64,000 nt of DNA from an uncultured delta proteobacterium (GTDB lineage: Bacteria; Myxococcota_A; Polyangia; Polyangiales; JAFGIB01), in the NCBI GenBank assembly GCA_963778655.1, contig CAVZVA010000011.1, forward strand, positions 544,001 to 608,000. Reading direction: 5' to 3'. The notes beneath the pieces were generated by a model, which saw only the letters and a program-made list of their open reading frames with translations, did no database searches and had not been told where the DNA came from. This document shows positions 55,856 to 64,000 of this stretch, one piece after another. Both the position numbers and the translations under genes were made by a program. Within the stretch, counting starts at the first letter, position 1; each line of letters starts with the position of its first letter.

Positions 55856-56604
55856 CGCCCGGCCGGCGGCGGCGCCGCGGGCGGTGTCGGACCGTGCGCC
55901 AGCGCCACGCAGTCGAGCAGGTGCCACAGGATCTCGGTCTTGCGCACCAGCGCCGCCAGGCAGCGCTCCTGCAGCGCGCGGGTCGTGGCATGACGCAGCA
56001 CGAAGGCGACCGCCTCTTCGGAGTCGCTCCGCGCGCGCGGTACGCGCGTGCGGAAGTACGCCAGCACCTCGCCGCGCACCCAGGGGTAATGGCGCTCCCA
56101 GGCGGCGATCCGTTTGGACATCAGATCGGGCGCGAAGAACTCCGTCAGCGACGAGGCCACCGCCTCGACCAGGCTGCGCTCGCGCACCAGCTGCACGTAA
56201 GCGTCGCAGGCGAAACGCACGCCCGGCAGCACCGAGCGGCAGCTCGCGACCTCCTCGCGGTCCAGGCCCACGCCCTCGGCCAGCCGCAGCCACAGCGCAA
56301 GCCCGCCCTCGCCTTCCTGCTCGCCGTCGTGATCGTGGATGCGGTGGATCCACAGCCGCCGAAACGCCGGATCCTCGGACTTGGCCAGGATCAGCGCGTC
56401 TTTGATCGGCACCCGCGTCTGGTAGTAGTAGCGGTTGAGCACCCAGGCTTGCAGCTGCTCGCGGCGAAGCGTGCCCTCGTGCATCGCCACGTGGAAGTGG
56501 TGGTGGTCGTGATAGCGGCGCGCGCCCTGCTCGCGCAGGCGCTCCACGAAGGCCTCTTCCGACCAGAGCTGGCCGGCGCCGGGCTCGGACGCGCCGCCGC
56601 TCAC
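55852..56604 (-). CDS. pqqC: Pyrroloquinoline-quinone synthase
   Basis: YHDHHHFH, WVLNRYYYQ, RIHDHDG, RFACDAY and SSLTE. Confidence 0.96.
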   Translation of the reverse strand: MSGGASEPGAGQLWSEEAFVERLREQGARRYHDHHHFHVAMHEGTLRREQLQAWVLNRYYYQTRVPIKDALILAKSEDPAFRRLWIHRIHDHDGEQEGEGGLALWLRLAEGVGLDREEVASCRSVLPGVRFACDAYVQLVRERSLVEAVASSLTEFFAPDLMSKRIAAWERHYPWVRGEVLAYFRTRVPRARSDSEEAVAFVLRHATTRALQERCLAALVRKTEILWHLLDCVALAHGPTPPAAPPPAGR

Positions 56605-57521
56605 GGCTCGAGCTCCATGCCGTCGTAGGCGATCTCGACGCCGGCCGCACGCGCCTGCGCGGCCTGCTCCGAGTCCTCGAGCAGCAGCGGATTGGTGTTG
56701 TTGACGTGGATCAGCACGCGCCGCGCGTGCCGGAGCGCGGCCAGCAGCTCGAGGCTGCCGCCCGCGCCGCCCACCGGCCAGTGCGCCATCTGCTCGGCGC
56801 GCTTGTCACCCAGCCCAAGCGCGATTAGCTCGTCGCTCGACCAGAACGTGCCATCGAAGAACACGCAGCGCGCGGCCTGCAGCGCCGCGTGCAGCGCCGG
56901 CGTCGGCCCGCCCACCGCCGGAAAGTACGAAAGGGTCGCGCCGCTCGCGCGCTCGCGCAGCAGCAGCCCCACGTTGTCCTCGTCGCCGCCCTGGCCCGAG
57001 CCCTCGAGGTGGATCGGCAGCTTGCCCGGCACGGCGATCGCCTCCAGCGACAGCCCGCTCGGCTGCCCATCGGGCAGCTGCAGCGGCAGCTCGCGGCCGA
57101 GCTCGAGCGGGATGAAGCGCACCTGACCCTCGAAACGCTGCAGCGTTCGCGCCAGCACGTTGCCCTGGGTGAAGCCTTGCCACACAGCCGCGGTCGCGTA
57201 CACGCGCAGGGGGTGTGACTCGCGCAGCGAGAGCAAGCCCAGACAGTGGTCGAGGTCGCCGTTGGTCAGCACGATGCCGGCCAGCGGCGAGTGCCGCGCT
57301 CCGCGCGGGTGCAGCGGCGTGAAGCTCTCGATCTGCTGCCGGATCTCGGGCGAGGCGTTGAGCAGAAACCATGCCTCGCCGTCCGCGCTGACCGCCAGCG
57401 ACTCCTGGCTGCGCGGCCGCGCGTGCGCGGCGCCCCGCCGCGCCTCACGGCAATTGAAGCAGCCGCAGTTCCACTGCGGGAAGCCACCGCCCGCCGCGGA
57501 CCCGAGCACGCGCGCCTTCAC
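56601..57521 (-). CDS. pqqB: PQQ biosynthesis protein B
   Basis: LGSAAGGGFPQWNC, LNASP, DLDH, FDGTFW and HVNNTNP. Confidence 0.96.
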   Translation of the reverse strand: MKARVLGSAAGGGFPQWNCGCFNCREARRGAAHARPRSQESLAVSADGEAWFLLNASPEIRQQIESFTPLHPRGARHSPLAGIVLTNGDLDHCLGLLSLRESHPLRVYATAAVWQGFTQGNVLARTLQRFEGQVRFIPLELGRELPLQLPDGQPSGLSLEAIAVPGKLPIHLEGSGQGGDEDNVGLLLRERASGATLSYFPAVGGPTPALHAALQAARCVFFDGTFWSSDELIALGLGDKRAEQMAHWPVGGAGGSLELLAALRHARRVLIHVNNTNPLLLEDSEQAAQARAAGVEIAYDGMELEP

Positions 57522-57524
57522 GGT

Positions 57525-57771
57525 CCGTCACCGGGGAGGGCACGCGCCCTGCCCGCCCCACCGGCCAAGCCGTTGGGGCCCCACTCCCCCGCGGGGCTGG
57601 CTTCGCTCGCTCGTGCGTTGCGTCCGCCGACGCCTGCGTTGAGGCCGTCTACCCCCCGGGCAGGCGCCCTACCCGCCCCCGCCTCGCGGGCAGAGCCGTA
57701 GCGGCTCCCCCCCGCGCGAGGCTGGCTGCGCTCATGGAGAGATTCGCTGCGCCCACGCTGCGCCCGCGCGC
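57525..57771. repeat. GC-rich, REP-like structured spacer between pqqA and pqqB
   Basis: Several short palindromes (GGGGCCCC, CCCCGCGGGG) and inverted segments CCTCGCG/CGCGAGG. Confidence 0.3.
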
Positions 57772-57897
57772 TCACTCGCTGTCGGCGTCGCGCTCGGCCT
57801 CGATGCGCCGGGTATCGAACTCGCTGAAGTCGCTCTGGTAGGCGCCGATCTCCGCGCTCATGTCGATCTCGAGGAACGAAGGTGTCTCCCAGTCCAT
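57772..57897 (-). CDS. pqqA: PQQ precursor peptide, 41 aa (absent from ORF track)
   Basis: MDWETPSFLEIDMSAEIGAYQSDFSEFDTRRIEAERDADSE; W-x-x-P leader, ExxxY core, AAGGAG RBS, upstream of pqqB. Confidence 0.9.
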   Translation of the reverse strand: MDWETPSFLEIDMSAEIGAYQSDFSEFDTRRIEAERDADSE

Positions 57898-57940
57898 GCT
57901 CGCTGCTCCTTGCTGGCGATCTCGCCCAGCCTCTACTGTG

Positions 57941-59707
57941 TCACTTCAGGGTGAAGGCGTAAACCGCGTTCGAGCCCGCCACGAAAATCCGACCGTTGGC
58001 CACGATCGGGGTCTGGAAGCGGTTGACCGCGGCCATCTGCTCGTCGGCGCCGCCGCCGTTGAACACCTCCGCGCCGGTGTCGGCGTTGTAGCCGTGCAGC
58101 TTGTTGTCGCCTTCGGCCGCAACCCACCACACGATCGCCTCGGAGCTGCCGTCGGTGGTGGTCACGATCGGCGAGCCGGTGCCCGAGCCGCCCGCGCACC
58201 AGGCCACCGACAGCGCGGGGGGCGACGCCGCGGAGATCTTGAGCGCGGTGATCTGGCCCTGGCCGTTGGGGCAGCCTGATCCCGCGCCCTTGAACACCAC
58301 GTAGCTGCCCTGCGCGGTGGAGTACGCGGCCGCCGCGTTGATGATCTGCTGCGTGGAGGCGTGCAGTGTGGTGATCTGCCCGCCGATCCCGCCGAGCTTC
58401 TGGCGGTCGAGCAGGTACGCGGTGCCGTCCTTGCCGAGACCGATCGTGAGCTCGGACGGGGTCGCGCCCTTGGCGGTGAACAGCACCGGCCCCGAGCCGC
58501 CGATGTCGACGTCGCCCGAGTCGAGGCTCTGCCAGTTGCTGGCCGCGAAGTAGTCGTCATTGGTCTGGCTGAACGCCAAGCTCGGCGACAGCCGGATCAC
58601 CGCCTCGCCGTCGCTCCAGCTGCCGGCACCCATGGTGTTGCCGGTGGCGACGTACAGCGAGGTGCCGTCCGAAGCGATGCCGCCCGGCGCCCAGACGCCG
58701 CCCGCCTGCCCGCGTGTGGCCCACGCGATCGGCGCGTCGGGCTTATCCAGGGGCACGCCCACCACCCAGCCGTGATAGTTGCCGCAGTCGCCCCAGTGCC
58801 CGCCATAGGGCACATAGAGCGTGCCGCCCTGCAACAGCAGCGCGCCGCGCTCGTTCTGCACGCTGGAGTCGAAGCTGGTGCTGCCGGCCTTGACCTTCGC
58901 GCTGACGTCGATGCCGCCGGCCGGCCAACCGCTGCGCGTGGAGCCGTCGGCGAGCGAGAGCGCGAAGATCATGTGCTTGGCCGCGCCGCTGCTGTCGGCC
59001 GTCATCGCGTCGAGGTAGAGCGTCCCGCTCGAGGGGTCGATCACGGGCGTGCCCGTGATGCCCAGCGGCCTGATGTTGCCGCACGGCAGCTGGTTCGCCG
59101 GGCTCGCCAGCGTCTTCTGCCACGCCACGCTGCCGTCGCTGGCGTTGAACGCGGAGACCTGGTTCTGCTCGGTGGCGACGATCACCAGATCCTTGCCGTC
59201 CGGGCCCGCGTAGTACAGCGGCTGGGCGTAGGTCGGACCGGAGATGGTCGCGTTGAACGTCTTGTCGCGGTGCAGCGTGGGCGCGGCCGCGAGCGTGAAC
59301 GCCGAGTCGACGTAGACCCCATCGCGGGTGGCGTTGTTGTGGTACTGCAGCACAGAGGCGGAGCTGGTGGTGGGAGCGCCGGAGCTGCTGCCGCCGGTGC
59401 CGCTCGCAGGAGTGCCCCCGCTGCCGCCGGCCTGGTTGCCGCCCTGGCCGCTCGCGCTGCCGCCGCCGGTACCGGTCGCGGTCCCACCCCCGGTCCCCGG
59501 CAGCGTGGTGCCGCCCGTGCCGGTGTTGGTTCCCGTGCCGCCGGTGCCGGGGCTGGAGCCGCCGGTCGAGACCACGCTCGCGCCGCCGCCGGTACCCGGA
59601 GCGGCCGCGCCGCCACCTCCCTTGTGCGAGCCGGACGAGCAGCCGAGCACCAACACGCAGCCCAGTGCCACCATCGCGCCACTCGCGCACCGTCGTTGCC
59701 GCCGCAT
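57941..59707 (-). CDS. Lipoprotein with Gly/Thr linker and PQQ-type beta-propeller
   Basis: Lipobox VLGC; YHNNATRDG, YAQPLY, GITGTPVID, LYVATGN, DVDIGGSGP and FQTPIVANGRIFV. Confidence 0.85.
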   Translation of the reverse strand: MRRQRRCASGAMVALGCVLVLGCSSGSHKGGGGAAAPGTGGGASVVSTGGSSPGTGGTGTNTGTGGTTLPGTGGGTATGTGGGSASGQGGNQAGGSGGTPASGTGGSSSGAPTTSSASVLQYHNNATRDGVYVDSAFTLAAAPTLHRDKTFNATISGPTYAQPLYYAGPDGKDLVIVATEQNQVSAFNASDGSVAWQKTLASPANQLPCGNIRPLGITGTPVIDPSSGTLYLDAMTADSSGAAKHMIFALSLADGSTRSGWPAGGIDVSAKVKAGSTSFDSSVQNERGALLLQGGTLYVPYGGHWGDCGNYHGWVVGVPLDKPDAPIAWATRGQAGGVWAPGGIASDGTSLYVATGNTMGAGSWSDGEAVIRLSPSLAFSQTNDDYFAASNWQSLDSGDVDIGGSGPVLFTAKGATPSELTIGLGKDGTAYLLDRQKLGGIGGQITTLHASTQQIINAAAAYSTAQGSYVVFKGAGSGCPNGQGQITALKISAASPPALSVAWCAGGSGTGSPIVTTTDGSSEAIVWWVAAEGDNKLHGYNADTGAEVFNGGGADEQMAAVNRFQTPIVANGRIFVAGSNAVYAFTLK

Positions 59708-59917
59708 CGCGAAACCACCCTTTCCGGCCTTGGCGGCCGCTGCCCTTGCCACGCGACCCGGCCAGACGCCGACGCACGCACCCGCATCGTGCGTACCACA
59801 GCGCGAGCCAGGCCGCACTCCGCCAAACTGGGCTACTGCAATGCTTGGGGAAGCGCCCGCGACGCACGCCGCAGGCATGCGCCGAGGCATGCCTGCGGTC
59901 GTGCGGCCGCGATGGCG

Positions 59918-60379
59918 TCAGGCGCGCGCGCTGGCGGTGTCGCCCACCACGTGGGCGCGCGGGGCCGGCTCCCGCAGCAGGCGCGGCCGCGCAGCCCGTG
60001 CGCGCAACAGCGGGCGATAGGCGTCGCGGTACGCCCAAGCCAGAAACAGCTCCAGCGCGAGGACCAACGCAGGCAACGCCAGGGCGGGCGAGAGAAAGGC
60101 GTGAAACGCCACGATGTTGACGATTACCGGCGCCAACAAGGTCAGCGCCAACGGCACGTAGCGCCCGCTGAGCAGCAGCGCGCCGGCCGTCACCTCGGTG
60201 GCTTTGAGCAGCGGGAACAAGTAGCCGGTCGCCACCAGCGCCGCGATGAACCGGCCGCCGGCGGGGGCGAGCGACGGCTGCGGCAGGAAGCCGAAGAAGC
60301 CGTTGAGCCCGAACACGAAAAAGATCAGTCCGAGCAGGACGCGCGCGGCACTGGGCAGGTGTTGTTTCAGCTGGGTCAT
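59918..60379 (-). CDS. DoxX family membrane protein
   Basis: ARVLLGLIFFVFGLNGF...TGYL...NIVAFH; AGGGAGG RBS. Confidence 0.88.
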   Translation of the reverse strand: MTQLKQHLPSAARVLLGLIFFVFGLNGFFGFLPQPSLAPAGGRFIAALVATGYLFPLLKATEVTAGALLLSGRYVPLALTLLAPVIVNIVAFHAFLSPALALPALVLALELFLAWAYRDAYRPLLRARAARPRLLREPAPRAHVVGDTASARA

Positions 60380-60459
60380 GGGTCGCCTCCCTTTGAGGGT
60401 GTCTATCGACGTCTGACCCACAGCTTGTGTCGTTGCCGCTCAGGCACTAGTCTCTCTCG

Positions 60460-60478
60460 ATGGGACAGACTGTTCCAT
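60460..60478. promoter_or_regulatory. Imperfect dyad, candidate LysR operator
   Basis: ATGGGACAG-A-CTGTTCCAT between divergent doxX and lysR, overlapping the lysR start. Confidence 0.5.
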
Positions 60479-61388
60479 GAATGCAACAATCGAAGATCTC
60501 GATGCAGTGCGCATCTTTGTGCATGTCGCACAGCTCGGAAGCTTTTCGGCGGCCGCGCGCAAGCTCGCCATGCCCAAGTCCACGGTCAGCCGCCGCGTGG
60601 CCGGGCTCGAGCGACGGCTGCACGCGCGGCTGCTGCACCGCACCACGCGCAAGCTCGGGTTGACCGAGGTGGGTGCGCAGTACTTTGCGCGCGCCGAGCG
60701 GGTGATGGCCGAGCTCGAGGAAGCCGAGCGCGCGGTCACCGAGCTGGAGGCGACTCCACGCGGCACGCTGCGCGTGACCACGCCGGTGGACTTCGGGCTC
60801 AGCTACCTGACCCAACTGATGGCCGAGTTTCAGTGCCGCTACCGCGAGCTGAGCGTAGTGCTGTATGCGACCAACGCGCGTGTCGACCTGGTCGCCGAAG
60901 GCTTCGACGTCGCGCTGCGCGCGGGCAACCTGCCCGACTCGTCGCTGGTCGCGCGCCGCGTGGTCGAGGTGGAGCGGGGGCTGTACGCCAGCCCGGAGTA
61001 CCTGCGCAGGCGCGGCGACCCCGCGAACGTGCAGGAGCTGGGCGCGCACGACTGCATCGTGTTCGGCACCGAGCGCACCGGCGAGCTGTGGCGCCTGCGC
61101 GGCCCGGAGGGCGAAAGCGAGGTCGCGGTGTCGGGGCGCTTCGCCAGCAACGATTTCAACTTCGTGCGCGCGGCCGCCGTGGCCGGGCTAGGCATCGCCA
61201 GCCTGGCGAGCTTCGCCTGCGCCGAGGACCTGCGCGCCGGACGGCTGGTGCAGGTGCTGCCCGAGCACAGCGCCCCGGGCGGCGCGCTCTATGCGGTCTA
61301 TCCGACGCCGCGCCACCTCACGCCCAAGGTCCGCGCGTTCGTCGACTTCGTGGCCGAGCGCCTCGCCGCCCGCCTGGCCCTGGCGTAA
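60477..61388 (+). CDS. LysR family regulator (CrgA/DmlR-like)
   Basis: GSFSAAAR...STVSRR...LLHRTTR, VDLVAEGFDVALR and PKVRAFVDF. Confidence 0.95.
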   Translation: MNATIEDLDAVRIFVHVAQLGSFSAAARKLAMPKSTVSRRVAGLERRLHARLLHRTTRKLGLTEVGAQYFARAERVMAELEEAERAVTELEATPRGTLRVTTPVDFGLSYLTQLMAEFQCRYRELSVVLYATNARVDLVAEGFDVALRAGNLPDSSLVARRVVEVERGLYASPEYLRRRGDPANVQELGAHDCIVFGTERTGELWRLRGPEGESEVAVSGRFASNDFNFVRAAAVAGLGIASLASFACAEDLRAGRLVQVLPEHSAPGGALYAVYPTPRHLTPKVRAFVDFVAERLAARLALA

Positions 61389-61423
61389 GCCACGGCCCGC
61401 GCGGAAGCCGTTTCGGGGAATCA

Positions 61424-61469
61424 ACAGGAAGCTGGGAAGGCGAGAAGAACTACCTTCCCGCCTTCCTGT
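61424..61469. terminator. 17-bp inverted repeat between convergent genes (terminator or REP)
   Basis: ACAGGAAGCTGGGAAGG...CCTTCCCGCCTTCCTGT, 15/17 complementary. Confidence 0.55.
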
Positions 61470-61513
61470 GGAGCTTCTGAAGCTGTGCGCCGCGGACTTC
61501 GCCGGGAATGGGC

Positions 61514-62464
61514 TCATTGGAGCTTGATCGCGTCGACCAGCGCCGGGTGCAGCTCGGGCTTGACCAGCTCGTGCAGCTTGGCAACCAGGTCGTCGAGCGC
61601 CTGCTGGCGCCGGTCGCGCCACAGCCGTACGCGGATGGCGTCCTTGACCTCGGCCAGCGTGCGCGACACCGCCGCACGCCGCCCGGTGAGCTTGACCACG
61701 CTGTAGCCGGCCTCGGTCTTGACCGGCTTGGGCGCGGTATCGCCAATCGTCTTGAGCGCAAACACCGCCTTGGCGATCGCCGGTGCGACCTTGGCGTCGC
61801 TCTGGCCGCGCACGTGGCCCCGGGCGTCGATGTAGCCGAGGTCGCCGCCGCGCAGCTTGGTGGCCTGGTCGATGCTCTTGTCCTGCGCGAGCTGGCGGAA
61901 GGCGCGCAGGTCCATGCCCTTGGCTTTGGCCAGCAGCTCGCTCGCTTCCGCTTCGCTGGCAACCAGCACGTGGCTGGCGCGCAGCAACGCCGGCTGGACG
62001 TACTCGTCGATGTGATCCTTGTAATACTTCTCGATCTCGGCACTGGGAATCGACGCGGCGGTCAGCTTGTCGTCGATCTCCGACTTGATCAGCTGCTGCA
62101 CGGCGTTCTGCTTGACTGCCTGCTCGACCACTGCGTTCTTGGCGTAGCCACGGCGCTCGGCCTCGGCGCTCAGCAGGTCGAAGCGCAGGGTGTTGTCCAG
62201 CAAGTCCTTCAGCCGCTGCGGGTCCTTGTAGCGCCGGCGGACGTACGGGTTCTGCTGGGCGGCAACGTCCTCGAGCTCGCCGACCGTGATCTTGCCCCCG
62301 CTGAAGCTCGCGAGCACCTGCGCGCGCCGGGCGACCTCGGCCGGTGCGGGCGCAGCGGGCCCGGCGCTCGACTTGGCCTGCGGGTGCTGCGCGTGGCTGG
62401 CGCCCGCGGCCGCGCCGATCAGCACCGCCAGCCCCACAGTCATCGCGAGCGGGCGCGTCTTCAT
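61514..62464 (-). CDS. Exported parvulin-type peptidyl-prolyl isomerase
   Basis: Signal peptide; ASHVLV, LAQDKSID...GGDLG and VKTEAGYSVVK. Confidence 0.9.
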   Translation of the reverse strand: MKTRPLAMTVGLAVLIGAAAGASHAQHPQAKSSAGPAAPAPAEVARRAQVLASFSGGKITVGELEDVAAQQNPYVRRRYKDPQRLKDLLDNTLRFDLLSAEAERRGYAKNAVVEQAVKQNAVQQLIKSEIDDKLTAASIPSAEIEKYYKDHIDEYVQPALLRASHVLVASEAEASELLAKAKGMDLRAFRQLAQDKSIDQATKLRGGDLGYIDARGHVRGQSDAKVAPAIAKAVFALKTIGDTAPKPVKTEAGYSVVKLTGRRAAVSRTLAEVKDAIRVRLWRDRRQQALDDLVAKLHELVKPELHPALVDAIKLQ

Positions 62465-62522
62465 GCCGCATCCCTTTCACGAGCGCGCAGGCCGGTCAAG
62501 CCCTGGTTGCGCGCGCAGCGGC

Positions 62523-63401
62523 TCACAGCTTGGGCACGTATGCAGCCGACAGCCCGAACCAGAACTGCGCGATGCCGTAAGCCGCATCGAGCCGCACCCA
62601 CAGATCCGGAATCGGCGAGTAGCGCAGGCCCAGGCGCGGGAGCATGGGGAACGCCATGACCGGCGGCAGGCCCTTCTGGGTGACGTTGTACTGCTCGCCC
62701 TTCACATCGTAAGGGTCGGTGTAGGGCGTGGTCCCGAGCGGCACGTGCTGTGGAGCCTGGCAAGTGAGCGGGCTGGGGATGCCGGGCGCCGTGCACTTGG
62801 CCCAGGCGCCGTTGGCTTGCTGGTAGGCCTCGGTGCGCTTGAGGCTGCCGGTGACCACGCCCAGATCGAGCCCCACCCCGTACTGGAAGCCGAGCGTGTC
62901 CTTGACGATCGGCGCTTCCCACAGGATCGAGCCGGTCAGGTGCACCAGGCCCAGGCCGCTGTCGATCCACTCGGTGTCGTTGGGATCGCCGTTCTTGGCG
63001 CGGAATGGACCGTGAAAAGCATAAGCGGCATAGCCGATGCCCATCTCGAAGTTCGGGCTGCCGTCCGCGGTGCGGTAGGTCGCGGTGACTCCGAACGCGG
63101 GATCGGTCGGCGTCGGCGCCAGGTCCACGAAGAGCTTGAGCATGAACGAAGGCACCACCACCAAGCGGAAGTACGGCCCGAACGACCAGTTCCGCGAGCC
63201 CTCGCTGGCCGGCTTCGCCGCGTCCGCGCCGGCGGGCTCGCCGGAGCTCTCGCTGGCGCCGCCGGCTTGATCTGCTCCCGAATCGCTCTGATCAACTGCA
63301 GCGGCCTGTTCGTCTGCCGCCGGCTGCTCGTCTTGCGCCCGAGCATGGCCCGCAAGGCTGAGCGCCAACGCCAGCATCACCCCTACGACCACTGCTCTCA
63401 T
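62523..63401 (-). CDS. Secreted hypothetical protein, probable outer-membrane beta-barrel
   Basis: Signal ending ARA-Q; alternating aromatic strands ending FWFGLSAAY. Confidence 0.7.
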   Translation of the reverse strand: MRAVVVGVMLALALSLAGHARAQDEQPAADEQAAAVDQSDSGADQAGGASESSGEPAGADAAKPASEGSRNWSFGPYFRLVVVPSFMLKLFVDLAPTPTDPAFGVTATYRTADGSPNFEMGIGYAAYAFHGPFRAKNGDPNDTEWIDSGLGLVHLTGSILWEAPIVKDTLGFQYGVGLDLGVVTGSLKRTEAYQQANGAWAKCTAPGIPSPLTCQAPQHVPLGTTPYTDPYDVKGEQYNVTQKGLPPVMAFPMLPRLGLRYSPIPDLWVRLDAAYGIAQFWFGLSAAYVPKL

Positions 63402-63570
63402 CGCCCCTCGCTTTCTCGCTCTGCCTGCGTGAGGGGTCTGGTTAGCCCGATTCTGGCGGCGCTGTAAAGACGCCTGGCCGGCTTCCGTGCGCAGGGCATC
63501 GCGTTGCGCACCCCGATCTCGGACGCTCCCGCTGCCGAAGGGGCGCGCCCGAGCAGGCGCCCGAGCGCGC

Positions 63571-64000
63571 TCAGCCGACCACGTCGCGCAGGGTGACCAG
63601 CGCGATCACGCCCAGCAGAAACAGCAGCCCCACCGCGTGCACCGCGGCCTCGATCCGCTCGTTGGGACGCTTGCGCGTGACCAGCTCGTAGCCGAGGAAC
63701 ACCAGCCGGCCCCCGTCGAGCGCGGGAAAAGGCAGCAAGTTGAACAGCCCGAGCGCGACCGAGATCGCGACCAGGATGTGGACGAAGTTGAACACGCCCT
63801 TCTGCGCCTGCTCGGCCACCAGCTTGCCCATGCCGACCGGTCCGGTGATGCCCTCGGTCGAGCGGCGCTGGATCAGCTCGGCGATCCCGTAGAGATTGCG
63901 CAGCGTGAGCTCGAACGGATAGGCCACCGCCAGCAGCGAGGCCTGCCCGAAGCTGAGCGTGCGGGTCACCGCCTCGACCTTCGGGGTCACACCGATGATG
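63571..64000 (-). CDS. rseP: M50 site-2 protease RseP, 3' part (runs off window)
   Basis: GPVG and FNLLPFPALDGG. Confidence 0.92.
   Translation of the reverse strand, partial: IIGVTPKVEAVTRTLSFGQASLLAVAYPFELTLRNLYGIAELIQRRSTEGITGPVGMGKLVAEQAQKGVFNFVHILVAISVALGLFNLLPFPALDGGRLVFLGYELVTRKRPNERIEAAVHAVGLLFLLGVIALVTLRDVVG

Noticed and set aside
58361..61480. 1039-aa ORF and similar long Arg/Ala/Pro-rich ORFs (e.g. 19029-21191, 49473-51668, 4115-6232)
   Set aside because: Stop-poor shadow frames over well-supported genes, with no motifs

Overview
GC-rich bacterial DNA whose gene content (HEAT, PilZ and OmpA proteins, DUF3396, many lipoproteins) points to a myxobacterium of the Polyangiales type; this is an inference. 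Core genes are pntB with a split pntA, a K+-dependent membrane pyrophosphatase, a TRAP-T transporter without its P subunit, a beta-CASP nuclease, xseB, ribF, tRNA-Ala(GGC), hflKC, pqqABCDE (pqqA is below the ORF-track cutoff), a LysR/DoxX pair, a parvulin PPIase and part of rseP. Accessory material falls in four blocks. (i) A GHH2-like nuclease / beta-propeller / DUF3396 toxin-immunity triad at 10-13 kb, with a short relic of a diverged toxin homologue at 41.75 kb. (ii) A decayed island 3' of tRNA-Ala (about 26.6-34.4 kb) with att-like motifs, an internally deleted IS, an intact baeRF3 + HPF ribosome-hibernation pair, copA and PRC-barrel relics, an orphan acr3 and a VOC lipoprotein. (iii) A glycosylation cluster with an AglB-like STT3 whose WWDxG motif is replaced by PWGEAH. 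(iv) An MpaB/Lcp-DUF5995 fusion, a GH9 lipoprotein and a carbamoyltransferase-SxtJ-DUF5989 trio. A lipoprotein-PDZ-NuoH-like fusion and a probable Cu-only SOD are also notable. I saw no CRISPR array, rRNA or intact integrase. All family calls come from motif recognition by eye, not database searches.
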